Positions 31,403 through 41,342 of a stretch of 64,000 nucleotides of DNA are shown here, one piece after another. Position numbers and translations under genes: made by a program. Source of the stretch: Dehalococcoidia bacterium (GTDB lineage Bacteria > Chloroflexota > Dehalococcoidia > Lucifugimonadales > VXLM01); the NCBI GenBank assembly GCA_963662435.1, contig OY759598.1, forward strand, positions 2,822,507 through 2,886,506, given 5' to 3'. Under the pieces are notes generated by a model, which was given only the letters and a program-made list of their open reading frames with translations, ran no database searches and was not told where the DNA came from. Every line of letters begins with the position of its first letter. The first letter of the stretch is position 1.

Positions 31403-31889
31403 CTAAGTCTACCCTTCTTCGACTACCACCGACATAGACAGTGAACTCGACCTCTATGTCCTCGCGGCTGTATCCATAATCGTCAATGAGGCTTCTAGCA
31501 ACACGCTGCCTGACGTTTTCCTCTGGGGTATCCTTGCGGAGCCTGTCGGTTATGACGCAGCGGCGCTTCCCGGGCGGGATGAAGGTAATGCCATCCGATT
31601 CGTCACCCATGTCATCTCCCTAGCAGATGCAATCGAGTCTTTGCTCTAGATTGCTAAGAGCGTTGACGGCTTCAGCCATCGGCGGTTTGCGAAATCATAC
31701 CTATCTGAGATGCAGTGTCAAGGGGAGCAAGGTGAGTGGCCCTCAAAGATCGAAAACGTGGGTGGGCATGCGTCGGGCTTCCAGTAATGACGGATTACCC
31801 TGTGCCCGCATCTGACGCTTCTTTATCCCTTTTGGGTTCGCTGGTACCATGTTGGCCCGATTGCCGGAGCCGTAAAGAGTTGCCGACTG

Positions 31890-31961
31890 GGAGAAGACCT
31901 GCCCAAAGGAACTTGGGGAAACATACTGAGGCAAGCCGGGCTTCAGGAGAGGAACCGATGA
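31890..31961 (+). pseudogene. 3' remnant of a hicA toxin
   Basis: GEDLPKGTWGNILRQAGL resembles a HicA C-terminus; ATGA overlap with hicB; no in-frame start or GSH motif upstream. Confidence 0.65.
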
Positions 31962-32302
31962 AGCAAAGCTACGTAGTGGTATTTGAACGGACGCCCAACA
32001 ACTACGCCGCCTATGCCCCTGACCTGCCTGGCTGCGTATCCACCCACAAAACTTGGGACGGCATCCAGGCAATGATCAAAGAGGCCATCGAGTTCCATAT
32101 CGAGGGGCTGCAACTTGATGGGGACCCGGTTCCGCCGCCGCAGATGTCGGTGGAAGAAGCGCTGGCCCACCACCGTTCCCTTCCCAACGACTACGGCGGG
32201 TACTTCCCCGTTCCCGACGGCCTGGAGGATGAGGACCCCGCCGCCATCCTGGAGGTTGAGGTCAATGTGGAAGGGGTTTCCGTGGTGGCGGGCGGCTTGT
32301 AG
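31958..32302 (+). CDS. hicB: HicB-family antitoxin
   Basis: YVVVFE..NNYAAYAPDLPGCVS..IKEAIEFHIEGL..GDPVP. Confidence 0.85.
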   Translation: MKQSYVVVFERTPNNYAAYAPDLPGCVSTHKTWDGIQAMIKEAIEFHIEGLQLDGDPVPPPQMSVEEALAHHRSLPNDYGGYFPVPDGLEDEDPAAILEVEVNVEGVSVVAGGL

Positions 32303-32680
32303 CAAAAGTCAGCCTCACCTTTGACTGCGACCTGGGATATAGCAGAGAATCGTCTCGAATAATAGCCTCCCAAGACTCGCTCAACTTTACAATAACGCGC
32401 AAAATGCGTCAGTTTGCATCAAAATGCATCACTTTTCGAGCTTTTTCGCCGACGCTGTGACTCTGTCGGGCCTCCCGTCGACGGCCTGTTGAGACGGGGC
32501 TAAGACACTCCCCCTACCTCACCCCTCTGGACTCCGGCCTTCGCCGGAGTGACGAATGACGGTGTGCCTTCCAACTCTTGATGCGATGGCCCCCGCGCCC
32601 GAATCCCGACGCTTCTTTATTCCTCTTGGGTTCGCTGGTACCATGTTGCCCCTATTGCCGGACCTATTAAGGAGAAGCCA

Positions 32681-33472
32681 ATGACCGAGTCGACCGACCT
32701 GCTGAATATCCGTCCGTTGAGGCGACGATTGAAGGAGGGGAAGGAGGGGCTCGGCATGTGGCTGGGGATAACGGATCCCCTAGCGGTGGAGGCCATCGCG
32801 GCGGACTGCGATCTGGACTGGGTCCTGCTCGACATGGAGCACGGCGGCGCGGGCTGGGACGACCTCAAGATGGTGATGCTGGGCTGGAAGTGGTCGGACG
32901 TGCCGTTGTTCATACGTCCACCGTCGCACGACCAGAAGTTCCTGATGGCGGCGCTCGACCTTGGGGTGAGCGGGTTCGTGGTGCCGTTCGTGAATTCGCC
33001 GGAGGACGCGAGACGGGTCTCTGAGGCGTGCAGGTACCCGCCGATGGGCATTCGCGGCAGCGCGCCGCGACGTGTGAGCCGTCATTACACGATGACCGAC
33101 GAGTACAAGGCCGGCGCGGACGACGACGTGTTCGTGATGGTGCAGATCGAGCACAAGAACGCCGTGGAGTGTGTCGAGGAGATCGCCGACGTGCCGGGCA
33201 TCGACGCGCTCTTCATCGGGCCTGGCGACCTGAGCTATTCGTATGGGCTGCCGTTCCAATTCGACCACCCGACCGTCGTGGACGCCATCCAGAAGGTCGT
33301 GGACACGGGGAGGGCCAAGGGTCTGCCGGTCGCCATGGCGGTGGACAGCACGCCGGAAGAGGTGCTGGAGCGCATCGAACAGGGCATCCAGCTTGTGACG
33401 GTGGGCCTCGACTGGATGTTCATGCGACTCGCGATCAAGGAGCAGACGGCGGCGGTGCGGGCGCTGGTGTAG
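32681..33472 (+). CDS. HpcH/HpaI aldolase family protein
   Basis: DWVLLDMEHG, RYPPMGIRG, VQIE, LFIGPGDLS. Confidence 0.92.
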   Translation: MTESTDLLNIRPLRRRLKEGKEGLGMWLGITDPLAVEAIAADCDLDWVLLDMEHGGAGWDDLKMVMLGWKWSDVPLFIRPPSHDQKFLMAALDLGVSGFVVPFVNSPEDARRVSEACRYPPMGIRGSAPRRVSRHYTMTDEYKAGADDDVFVMVQIEHKNAVECVEEIADVPGIDALFIGPGDLSYSYGLPFQFDHPTVVDAIQKVVDTGRAKGLPVAMAVDSTPEEVLERIEQGIQLVTVGLDWMFMRLAIKEQTAAVRALV

Positions 33473-33877
33473 GGGTGCGGGGGATTACCCTCACCTCTTC
33501 GACAAGCTTTCAAGTAACTGCTCAGGACTAGGGAGATTCACCACAGAGGACACAGAGATCACAGAGTGGGAAGAAAGGGGTAGTTCGGAGGCAGTTACCG
33601 ACACCCCTGCACGGCCCCGGCGAGGGGCGAAACGCTGATCAGGGCGATCGAACGCCCCTACGGGAGGTTGGCCGGGGGGCATGGATTCCCGCGTACGCGG
33701 GAATGACCATGGCCATGTTTAAGCCACATAAGGGGATGAAAACGGGACTCGAACCGTGGACGGCTCAATTCTGCCCTTCGACAAGCTCAGGGCGAACGTA
33801 CTCGCCATATTCTTATACCAATGAAATGACTGGAAATGTGAACGCGAACGATAAAGTAGTAAGGAGAGAGGGGAAAA

Positions 33878-35467
33878 ATGTCCAAGAAGCACGAGATCAT
33901 CTTTGAGACGGACGGGCGGCATTCGAGCGTGTATTTGTACGAGCCGCCGATGGGGATACGGCAGTACGTGGAGCCCATCGACGAGGTGCTCGACCTGGGG
34001 TTCGACACGATCAGCTACGTCGTGGGGGACTGCGCGGTGCTGTTGTACGACACGAAGGTCGGGGAGATCTGGGGTCATAACTACGACCTCATCAATCACG
34101 AGGTGTGGTACAAGGCTGCGTTCAACGTCCGGATGATGATCGAGAGCGGGCACGATCCGCTGCAGATCGTCTGCGACCACGCACATGAGCGCGGATTCAA
34201 CTTCCTCGCGCACCTGTTGCTGAACATGGCCTACACGCCTCCGAACCGCGTCACGAACGGGCGCGTGGCCACGTACAACACCCTCCACCCGGAGTGGACC
34301 GTGGGCGAGGAGCCGGATTACCCCGAGGCCGTACACGACAACCCGAACCGGCTGTCGTACGCGGTGCCGGAGATCCGCGAGAACCGTCTGGCGATCGTTC
34401 GTGAGCTGGTGACCGACTATCCGACGGACGGCATCGAACTGAACTTCAACACCTATATGCCACTGATCGCCCGTAGCGAGGTGGAAGAGCACACGGAGAC
34501 GATTACCGAGTGGATGTGGGAGGTCCGCCGGGCGGCGGACGCGGCCGCAGAGGCGCAGGGACGCAGCAAGCGAGTTGTCGTTCGCGTGGCCGCCTCTGTG
34601 GAAGGCAATTTGAAGATGGGGCAGGACATCGCAACGTGGGTCAACGAGGGACTGGTTGACACAATTGTCGCGATGCCTGTGGGCGGGGACTTCTCCAGCG
34701 AGACGTCTCGGCTGCGGGAGCTGGTCGATGTGGCAGCGGGGAACGATGTGCCCGTCCTCGCGGGGATGGACTCCGTGGGCACGGACCAGACACGGCTGAC
34801 GCACCGGGCGGCGACGGTCAACGCCTACGACGCCGGAGTGAAGGGGGCCATGTATCACCGGTACTATCCGCCCCCGCACAGGTACCCGTACAACACGGAG
34901 GACACCGACCGCATGAGGCTTGCGGCATTCCCCGATGTCCTGGCCCACAAGGACAAGACGTACTACGTCGGGCCAGGGTTCGACCGACGCGAGGGCGTAT
35001 CGTTCGGCCTAAAGGAACAGCTTCCGCGTGAGCTCACGGCGGGTGAGCAAGGCCCGGACATCACGATCGACGTTTCGGACGACATCGCCGCGAAGTCGGA
35101 GGCGGGCGAGCTGTGGCGGTGCGAGCTTCGGATCATGCTCCACGAGCTGGTGCACCACGACGAGTACCGGGTGTACTGGAACGGCGAGGAGGTGCCGGAG
35201 AGCAAGATGCGGCGGGCGGACTGGGTGTTCCAGATGCGTCCGAGCGCGGGCGTGCGGGGCTATCGCCTGCACATCGACCTGCGGAACGTCTTGCTGCCGG
35301 TCAAGGGAACGAACACCGTGCGGGTCGATCTCGTCACGAAGGACGAGCAGCTCGTCGATCCGGTCAGCATCCACGACATCGACATCGTGGTGGAGTACCT
35401 GCCGCACCGGAGCGCGTTGCGCGATGACGAGTCGTACGCGGGGGCGGCGGTACCGTTCACGCCGTAG
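33878..35467 (+). CDS. Hypothetical TIM-barrel protein, glycoside hydrolase (GHL10)-like
   Basis: GHDPL..AH.RG, HPEW, LSYAVPEIR, YPTDGIELNF. Confidence 0.55.
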   Translation: MSKKHEIIFETDGRHSSVYLYEPPMGIRQYVEPIDEVLDLGFDTISYVVGDCAVLLYDTKVGEIWGHNYDLINHEVWYKAAFNVRMMIESGHDPLQIVCDHAHERGFNFLAHLLLNMAYTPPNRVTNGRVATYNTLHPEWTVGEEPDYPEAVHDNPNRLSYAVPEIRENRLAIVRELVTDYPTDGIELNFNTYMPLIARSEVEEHTETITEWMWEVRRAADAAAEAQGRSKRVVVRVAASVEGNLKMGQDIATWVNEGLVDTIVAMPVGGDFSSETSRLRELVDVAAGNDVPVLAGMDSVGTDQTRLTHRAATVNAYDAGVKGAMYHRYYPPPHRYPYNTEDTDRMRLAAFPDVLAHKDKTYYVGPGFDRREGVSFGLKEQLPRELTAGEQGPDITIDVSDDIAAKSEAGELWRCELRIMLHELVHHDEYRVYWNGEEVPESKMRRADWVFQMRPSAGVRGYRLHIDLRNVLLPVKGTNTVRVDLVTKDEQLVDPVSIHDIDIVVEYLPHRSALRDDESYAGAAVPFTP

Positions 35468-35578
35468 GCGCAAAGCGTAAGGGGGACCTTCGGGAACTAC
35501 AGTGGAACTTGGCGAGACTATGGACTACCTTTATGATAATTTGGGGAACTATATACTTGACTCCCACGTGATGCAAGC

Positions 35579-37051
35579 CTAATCACGCGCAATCTCCTTA
35601 AGTCGTGCGACTAGGTACTCCTGGGGTCTATCGCCTTTCAGGGAGTTGCAAGCCCCACACAAGAGTTGCAGATTCTCAATGTGGTCCGTACCCCCGCGTG
35701 ATTGAGGCACGATGTGGTCTATCGTGAAGTTGCGGAACGGGAACATTATCTCGCAACCGGCGCACAATCCTTCTTGCTTGCCAAATAAGGTGTGCTTCTG
35801 AGTCCGATAGGAAGGAACCTGTCCGAGGTCGGTACGCTGGGGAACGTCGTCTCGATAGGTGGTCTGTAGACCAAATAGCCCCAGGTCATTGCGTAGCCTC
35901 AGCTCTACCAAGTCCTTAGCCTTGGGTGACAGATCAATACCCGCCCACTGCCTTTCCAGCTTCTCGGCGGCTACAAGGGCCGTAGCGCATCCACAGAACG
36001 GATCAAGCACCACGTCGCCAGGGTTGCTGGATGCCTTGATGATCCGCTCAAGCAGGGCAAGCGGTTTCTGCGTGGGATAGCCCACCCACTCACTGCTCTT
36101 ATTGTAATTCGTGAATCCGGTCGGCTCTAAGACTAAGCTCTGTGGCGGATTACCACGGTCAGCAGCGGCATAGCGCTTCAGTCCAGGCCAGACGCCCGTT
36201 GTCGGATGGTGTATCAGCCCTGCTGCATCCAGCGCGTCAAGACGCTCATGGACACCCTCGATGCTCCGGTAGCCGGGAATGAAGTGTTCCTCGATGTACT
36301 GGGCATAGACCCCTGTCTTTGGCGGAGACCAGCACCGCCCCCTGGAATACACGTCGTAACCCTTCCACGGGGTTGTGCTTGGCAACCCTGGGGCAGTGCC
36401 GTGAAGGGGGCCGGTAAGGTTCTCCGACCTGACTGAGCCCCTTCCGTCGGCTTGAGGATACGCCTTCTTGAGCTCTTCGGCAGACTTCGGCGTAGCAATG
36501 TCAGATCCGTTCCAAGTCCACTGGGCGCTCTTGGCGTAGTACAGGATGTGGTCGATATTCCGGCCAAATCGCTTTGGGTCATTATGAGCGGTTGACCTTC
36601 TCCAAATGATGTGATTGCGGAACTGGTTCGCTCCGAACACCGAGTCCATCAGCAACTTGAGGTAGTGACTGGCCGTATCGTCGCAATGAAGGTAGATACT
36701 CCCGGTGTCTTTCAGCACGCGGTGCAACTCCAGTAGCCGCACGGCCATCATGATCAAGTAGGACTTCATGCCCTTACCGTGAGCCGGACGCGCAGCGTCG
36801 ATGATGCCGTACAACGCCGGGTGTGACTCGGCAATCATGCCATGCCAAGCGTCGTCCACGTCGCTCAGTGTCCACGTGTCCTTGAAGGCCGCTCCCGCAG
36901 CTGCGCTCCCGACGGGCGCCGAATAGTCCTGATTGCTGTTGAAGGGCGGGTCGAGGTAGATAAGGTCTACCGTCTCGGAATTCATGCCGCGAAGGATATC
37001 GAGATTGTCGCCCGTCCAAAGCGTTCGGTTGACGAAGTTGGGTGTTGCCAT
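35579..37051 (-). CDS. Beta-class N6/N4 DNA methyltransferase fused to a C-terminal HNH endonuclease
   Basis: LIYLDPPF, YPTQKP, LDPFCGCAT; CAGC..IDHIVPQSRGG..NLQLLCGACN. Confidence 0.9.
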   Translation of the reverse strand: MATPNFVNRTLWTGDNLDILRGMNSETVDLIYLDPPFNSNQDYSAPVGSAAAGAAFKDTWTLSDVDDAWHGMIAESHPALYGIIDAARPAHGKGMKSYLIMMAVRLLELHRVLKDTGSIYLHCDDTASHYLKLLMDSVFGANQFRNHIIWRRSTAHNDPKRFGRNIDHILYYAKSAQWTWNGSDIATPKSAEELKKAYPQADGRGSVRSENLTGPLHGTAPGLPSTTPWKGYDVYSRGRCWSPPKTGVYAQYIEEHFIPGYRSIEGVHERLDALDAAGLIHHPTTGVWPGLKRYAAADRGNPPQSLVLEPTGFTNYNKSSEWVGYPTQKPLALLERIIKASSNPGDVVLDPFCGCATALVAAEKLERQWAGIDLSPKAKDLVELRLRNDLGLFGLQTTYRDDVPQRTDLGQVPSYRTQKHTLFGKQEGLCAGCEIMFPFRNFTIDHIVPQSRGGTDHIENLQLLCGACNSLKGDRPQEYLVARLKEIARD

Positions 37052-37052
37052 G

Positions 37053-38012
37053 CTACTTGCCCTCAGTCTCCGGCATCGAGAACTGAGAGCCAGTCTTCGG
37101 ATAGGCACGGTCAAGGGCGCGCTTGAAGGACTCCCAGCTACCCGCTGCCCGCATGAGCGCGGTGACTCCCTCGATATGCTGCAAGAGCTTCGGGTGTCCG
37201 AACTCAGGCGTGAACCACTGGTGATGCCTGTTCTTTCTCCATCCTTGCGGCATCACGGGGTTGCGCTCCCGAAGTTCGGCAAGCACACCCGGCGCGATGC
37301 GGTCATAGACAAGGTCGTTCGTGTAGTGGCCTATGACTCGGGGACGTTTCACGCCTGCTGCACTACCCCAACCCCTGAGCCGAAATATCTGCTCATAGAA
37401 GCTGAAGTCAAACGTCTTTGTCCACGGGTGTAGCTCCTCATCAAGGAACGCCTCGAGGATTTTGGCAAGGGCGCGTTCCTCGCGGATGCGCTGATACCCC
37501 GTTGCTTCATCGACCAAGCCGATAATGCCGACACGAGCGAGACCACGGACGAGAACCTCGCACCTCTTAGCGATATGGAGTTGGTTGGGGTGTAAGTCGC
37601 CTGCTTCTCTCGCAGCGAGAATCGCATCACAGAGATCGGTGAGTAAAGTTGCGGGATAGCCATATGCTGTACGACCGCCGTGTGGAGGAGTGAACTCAAT
37701 AGGAGTATACGTGCGCGCGAGAGTTTCCCCTGTAACATGCGGCGCAAGGGCGTTACTCCGCGTGAAAATAGCCAATTGGGGCGCGCCGTCCTTCCTATTT
37801 ACGACACCTCCTACAGACATCCCCAAAGAACCCAAAAACCCTCGTTGGCTCAGTACCCGCGTTTCGTCCTCCAAGACGTAGCAGGGTATCTCGATGTCCC
37901 CGATGACAAGGGGACTGCCCGGCTCCCCAGCTATGACCTTGAGGGGCTGCTTTGCGGTCGTCCCGTGTGCCAGTACCTTGTCTGTGATTGCGTCCAGTGC
38001 GGCCTTGTTCAT
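37053..38012 (-). CDS. P63C domain protein
   Basis: IPCYVLEDETRVLSQRG, LARVGIIGLVDEATGYQ, W.KTF, HHQW. Confidence 0.85.
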   Translation of the reverse strand: MNKAALDAITDKVLAHGTTAKQPLKVIAGEPGSPLVIGDIEIPCYVLEDETRVLSQRGFLGSLGMSVGGVVNRKDGAPQLAIFTRSNALAPHVTGETLARTYTPIEFTPPHGGRTAYGYPATLLTDLCDAILAAREAGDLHPNQLHIAKRCEVLVRGLARVGIIGLVDEATGYQRIREERALAKILEAFLDEELHPWTKTFDFSFYEQIFRLRGWGSAAGVKRPRVIGHYTNDLVYDRIAPGVLAELRERNPVMPQGWRKNRHHQWFTPEFGHPKLLQHIEGVTALMRAAGSWESFKRALDRAYPKTGSQFSMPETEGK

Positions 38013-38938
38013 GCTGTCAACTCCTCATAGGTGATGCGCGCGCCGAACGCGCTTTCGATGAACGCCGCGAGACGGTCTAGGGTGTGATACTGAACATTCC
38101 CCTCGTTCAGTCGGAATGTCGCTTCATTCACGTAGCGTTCCAGGTGTTTGACGCTCACATGGTGCCAAGTCCCATAGATGCTCCTCTTGAGAACTGCCCA
38201 CATGGACTCTGCAGAGTTGATATGAATGTCACCCGCTCCGACGTACTCTTTCGCGCCGTGGTTGACCGTCCCTCGTGAGTAGTCGTGCAGGTTGTTGTAT
38301 CCACGATGCTCGTCCGTGTAGACCGTCGAGCCCGCCTCTACGTGTTGCTCGATAGTCGCTCGGAGCGTCTCGCTGTCGGTCCCTGTAATCGGTTGAGCCT
38401 TCGACCTTCCACCACGCTGTCTCATTCCGAGCACGGTCGCCTTGCCAACCGGCCCGCGTCCGTTGTGGCGTTTCTTGGACTCATGCTTGTTGGACTCCTT
38501 GCCGCCGATGTACGTCTCGTCCACTTCGACGATACCGCTCAGCGTGTCATCATCGTCGCCAACAGCTTCACGGAGACGACCCAGCATGAACCACGCAGTC
38601 TTTTGCGTCACACCGATCTCCTTTGAGAGCTGGAGCGACGAAATACCCTTGCGAGCCGTCACCACTAGATACATGGTGTAGACCCACTTGTTCAATGGGA
38701 CGTGGGAACGCTCGAAGATCGTGCCAGTGCGGACGGTGAACTCACCGGCGCAGTCGTGGCAACGGTAATAGCCGATTCGCTTGCCAGTCCGCGCGGTGAT
38801 CTTCTCAAACGCCCCGCATAGCGGGCAGGTAGGGGAACCGTGCCAACGCCGCTCCTCAAGGTAGAGACGGGCGGCCTCGGCATCGGGTATCATGTCGAGG
38901 AATTCAAAGGTGCTGATAGTCGTCTCGCCGTGTGCCAT
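38009..38938 (-). CDS. IS1595 family transposase
   Basis: CPLC..CHDC zinc ribbon, KGISSLQL, VEVDETYIGG, YTDE, INSAES, Y..E..FR. Confidence 0.95.
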   Translation of the reverse strand: MAHGETTISTFEFLDMIPDAEAARLYLEERRWHGSPTCPLCGAFEKITARTGKRIGYYRCHDCAGEFTVRTGTIFERSHVPLNKWVYTMYLVVTARKGISSLQLSKEIGVTQKTAWFMLGRLREAVGDDDDTLSGIVEVDETYIGGKESNKHESKKRHNGRGPVGKATVLGMRQRGGRSKAQPITGTDSETLRATIEQHVEAGSTVYTDEHRGYNNLHDYSRGTVNHGAKEYVGAGDIHINSAESMWAVLKRSIYGTWHHVSVKHLERYVNEATFRLNEGNVQYHTLDRLAAFIESAFGARITYEELTA

Positions 38939-38942
38939 GTCT

Positions 38943-38989
38943 CAATCTCCTTATGGGGAGATTGTATCACGCCATCACGTGGGAGTCAA
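38943..38989 (-). promoter_or_regulatory. Transposase promoter with RBS-sequestering hairpin
   Basis: Minus strand TTGACT-17-TACAAT; hairpin CAATCTCC-ccataa-GGAGATTG overlaps the AAGGAG RBS. Confidence 0.7.
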
Positions 38990-39507
38990 GTATATAATTC
39001 CCATAATTTGGTAGGCGTTGCCGGGTTAATCGCGACGGTTGGAGGACTGGCGATAGCGATCTGGCAAATCAGAGACGCGCGCAAGGCGGCGGAAGCGGCA
39101 GAGGACGCAGCATCCGCGGCGCAGAGAGCGACCATAGAAACGCGGGATGCGATTCACGGCGTTTTGACGGTCTCAGACCTGCGGCGAGTCATAGGGTATG
39201 TTCAACAGATCAAGAGCTTTCACAGGGAGCAGAAGTGGGATATTTGCCTGAACATGTACCAGGTGCTGCGGTCGTCACTGACGGATATCCGCGCTCGCCT
39301 GCCTGAGCCGGCGGCGCAATATAGGCTGGTCTTGCGAGAGGCGATTGACCAAGTGAATGCTATAGAGAACACTCTCGACGTCGCGGTTCGCTCCGGGTCG
39401 GAATTTGCGGCATCCGAGGGCTTCAATAGCATTCTAAACGAAGTGCAGGCTAAGCTCGAAGAAATGGTCAGCAGAGTTCAGGTGCAGGAAAGCGAGGTGA
39501 GTACGTA

Positions 39508-39834
39508 ATGACCAAGATCGAAGAGATCCTTGAGAAGCTGAAACAGCTGTCAAACGAAGGAAAGATCACTTGGCGCCCCACCGTAAATCGGTCGACGTTT
39601 TCCGCCGTGTTTGGCGACTCCTCGGCCCTGATCTCGAAAGGGGGATTCATTTATACCCTCAGGCTTCTGAATGAGTCGGGTAATGAAATTGGACGTATAG
39701 ATTCAGACGCTCTGACAGACGATCCGAATGGAGACACTGCAGTCATGATCTCACTCTATGAATCCGCCCAGCGGCAAGTCCTAAACGTAGACGCCGAACT
39801 CGATAACGTCCTGGTCGAATTGAACCAGCTTTAG
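39508..39834 (+). CDS. Hypothetical protein
   Basis: 108 aa; TAATG coupling to the upstream gene; GAGGT RBS. Confidence 0.65.
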   Translation: MTKIEEILEKLKQLSNEGKITWRPTVNRSTFSAVFGDSSALISKGGFIYTLRLLNESGNEIGRIDSDALTDDPNGDTAVMISLYESAQRQVLNVDAELDNVLVELNQL

Positions 39835-39850
39835 CCCCGCGACCCCAAGA

Positions 39851-41116
39851 ATGCAGCTCAAGATCACGGAACAGGAGAACAAGGGGCTCTTCGCGGACTG
39901 CACGTTGGATGAGCACGAGCGACGGATCGCGCGGCTGCGGGAGGAGATGGAGCGCGAGGGCGTTGACGGGCTGTACCTGACGCAGGAGACGAACGTCCGG
40001 TACGCCTCGGCCATGCAGGACGTGGCATGGGTGATCCACGCGTACTTCTACACGGTCTTCATTCCGCGAGACGATACTCTGCCGATTGCGCTGTTCGTGC
40101 CGAACGGGGGGCAGATCCAGACGCAGGCGAGCTGGATCGACACGGTCGTCCGCTGGGACTTCCCGCCGGGGTTCTACATGGGCAAGGTGGGAGACTCGCT
40201 GATTGAGTCGTTGGCGGAGTGGCTGCGGAAGCTGGGCCTCGACAAGGCGACGATTGCGACGGAGATGAGCGCGCATTTCCGGCTCGGCCTGTCCGTCGAG
40301 GTGCTGGACGGGCTGCGGGACGCTCTCCCGGACGTGACGTGGCGGGACTGCGGTCCGGTCGTGTGGCCGGTGCGGTCGATCAAGTCGGACGAGGAGGTGC
40401 GGCGGCTGCGGGAGTCGGTGAGGATATCGTGCCTCGGCATCAATGCCGGGTTCGAGGCGCTGGAAGAGGGGATGTCGGAGCGGGAGCTCGTGAACGTGAT
40501 GTGCGCCAAGATGTTCGAGGAGGGCGGCAGCGAGATCAAGTTCACGTCCCTTTATGCGGGGCCTGACCGTGCGCTGTGGGCGGACGCGACGCCGCGACGC
40601 GAGATGACTATCAACCCCGGCAGCCTAGTCCAGTTCGACGGGGGATGTACGTACGACGGGTACTATACCGACATCAAGCGGTTCGCGAGCCTGGGAGAGC
40701 CGACGGAAGACCAGCGCCGGTTCTACGACATCGCCCGTGAGGCGGAGCAGGCATCAATCGACGCGGTGAGGCCGGGCGCGACCTACGGTGAGGTGTACGA
40801 GGCATCGCAGCAGGCAATCCGCGACGCGGGATATCCGGAGTTCGTCGAGCGGGCACAGTCGTTTCGTTGGACGAGTATCGGCCACAACATCGGGCTCGAC
40901 CTGCACGAGATGCCAGGCATAGCCAAGGACAACGCTGCGGTGCTCCAGCCCAACCAGGTCATCTGCATCGAGCCGTTCTTCTATCACGACGGCGGCTTCC
41001 CGGTCTGGGAGGTGCCGAACAAGTATGGGTGCGAGGACCAGGTGCTGGTCACGGAGACGGGGCATGAGGTGTTGTCGTCGGACGAACTGGTGAGCCGGGA
41101 TATCTGGGTGGCGTGA
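39851..41116 (+). CDS. M24 family Xaa-Pro peptidase/creatinase-like protein
   Basis: IKSDEE, FDGG..YDGYYTD, GHNIGLDLHE, IEP, ED.VLVT. Confidence 0.9.
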   Translation: MQLKITEQENKGLFADCTLDEHERRIARLREEMEREGVDGLYLTQETNVRYASAMQDVAWVIHAYFYTVFIPRDDTLPIALFVPNGGQIQTQASWIDTVVRWDFPPGFYMGKVGDSLIESLAEWLRKLGLDKATIATEMSAHFRLGLSVEVLDGLRDALPDVTWRDCGPVVWPVRSIKSDEEVRRLRESVRISCLGINAGFEALEEGMSERELVNVMCAKMFEEGGSEIKFTSLYAGPDRALWADATPRREMTINPGSLVQFDGGCTYDGYYTDIKRFASLGEPTEDQRRFYDIAREAEQASIDAVRPGATYGEVYEASQQAIRDAGYPEFVERAQSFRWTSIGHNIGLDLHEMPGIAKDNAAVLQPNQVICIEPFFYHDGGFPVWEVPNKYGCEDQVLVTETGHEVLSSDELVSRDIWVA

Positions 41117-41342
41117 GGAACACCTATGGGTTTCTTAAGGGGGAAGGACCAGCTGAATATCATATACACCTCACAAATTGACCCGGTCTTTGATAGGATT
41201 GGGCCCGTAGCTCCACGCTGGCTGATCTGATCAGTGAACACTTGGACGAAACTCACCTTGTATGCCCGAGGGACGGTTTGTCGCAAGCGTCGTATGTTCC
41301 CTGGTGAGGGTAGCTGAGGAATAGAAGCCAACCTGGTGATTA

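Larger units (their letters stand above)
28457..31610 (-). pseudogene. HsdR_N nuclease plus N-6 adenine methylase fusion (type IIB/IIG-like), interrupted by IS5
   Basis: 5' part PEENVRQ..YGY..EVE..RRVDL rejoins AVFPP..IECK in frame; GEFFTP, DPAAGTGGF, TNPPFG. Confidence 0.88.
35544..39002 (-). mobile_element. IS1595-family transporter IS with two passenger genes, 3459 bp
   Basis: 30-bp TIRs GGGAA(C/T)TATATACTTGACTCCCACGTGATG; 8-bp TSD ATAATTTG at 35536-35543 and 39003-39010. Confidence 0.95.
35520..39508 (+). pseudogene. Single-TM hypothetical protein gene split at codon 8 by the IS1595 element
   Basis: ATG 35520 MDYLYDNL rejoins VGVAGLIATVGGLAIAIWQ.. after 39010; ~173 aa when reconstructed. 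Confidence 0.7.

Noticed and set aside
38840..39508. 222-aa ORF as a native gene
   Set aside because: Its 5' part is IS1595 sequence; the likely true start is at 35520, on the other side of the element
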